64,000 nt of DNA, taken from the NCBI RefSeq assembly GCF_006345805.1, contig NC_042999.1:11408001-11472000 (forward strand), given 5' to 3'. Origin of the DNA: Octopus sinensis (Eukaryota). The notes beneath the pieces are model-generated. The model had not been told where the DNA came from. It searched no databases and worked only from the letters and a program-made list of their open reading frames with translations. Positions 63,724 to 64,000 of this stretch are shown in pieces (the stretch's first letter is position 1; every line of letters starts with the position of its first letter). The position numbers and the translations under genes are program-made.

Positions 63724-64000
63724 TTATACATAATGGTGGTGCCCCAGCATGGCCACAGCCTCTGGTTGACACAAGTAAAGATAACAGTATTGTAACGTTG
63801 CTTAATCCATCATTTAAAATATGAAAGCAATGTCACGAGAAGGAGACACACACATATTCGTATGACAGGCTTCTCTCAGTTTCTGTCTACCAAATCCACT
63901 CCCAAGGCTTTGGTTGGACCCAGGGCTTTAGTAAAAGGAGCCATGCAGTGGGACTGAACCTGCAACAATGTGGTTGAGAAGCAATGTTCTTACCCATTCT

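Overview
Eukaryotic, AT-rich, repeat-dense animal DNA. The SINE/LINE repertoire and microsatellite load fit an octopus or other coleoid cephalopod genome best (inference). Two divergently oriented, intron-rich genes are present. CPT2 (carnitine palmitoyltransferase 2, minus strand) has 10 coding exons from ATG 32249 down to 1750, includes one GC-AG intron and runs off the left edge. MKLN1 (muskelin, plus strand) has 7 coding exons from ATG 46913 to 61853 and runs off the right edge. The rest is mobile DNA: an RTE LINE family with a PHD-like finger inside its RT and a tandem-hairpin 3' region ending in (GAT)n, a BovB-like RTE carrying a nested solo LTR, CR1/L2 and R4/Dong-like fragments, a mariner relic, a non-autonomous Helitron, a HINE-like element, hAT-like MITEs and several tRNA-derived SINE families. 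The most interesting unannotated signal is a set of at least five unrelated short non-coding modules, each carrying a type I (Penelope-type, minimal or dimerising) hammerhead ribozyme fold. These are often built as inverted repeats and sit in (TA)n tracts, and one family has a tRNA-like head. All folds were read by eye and none has been computed or assayed.
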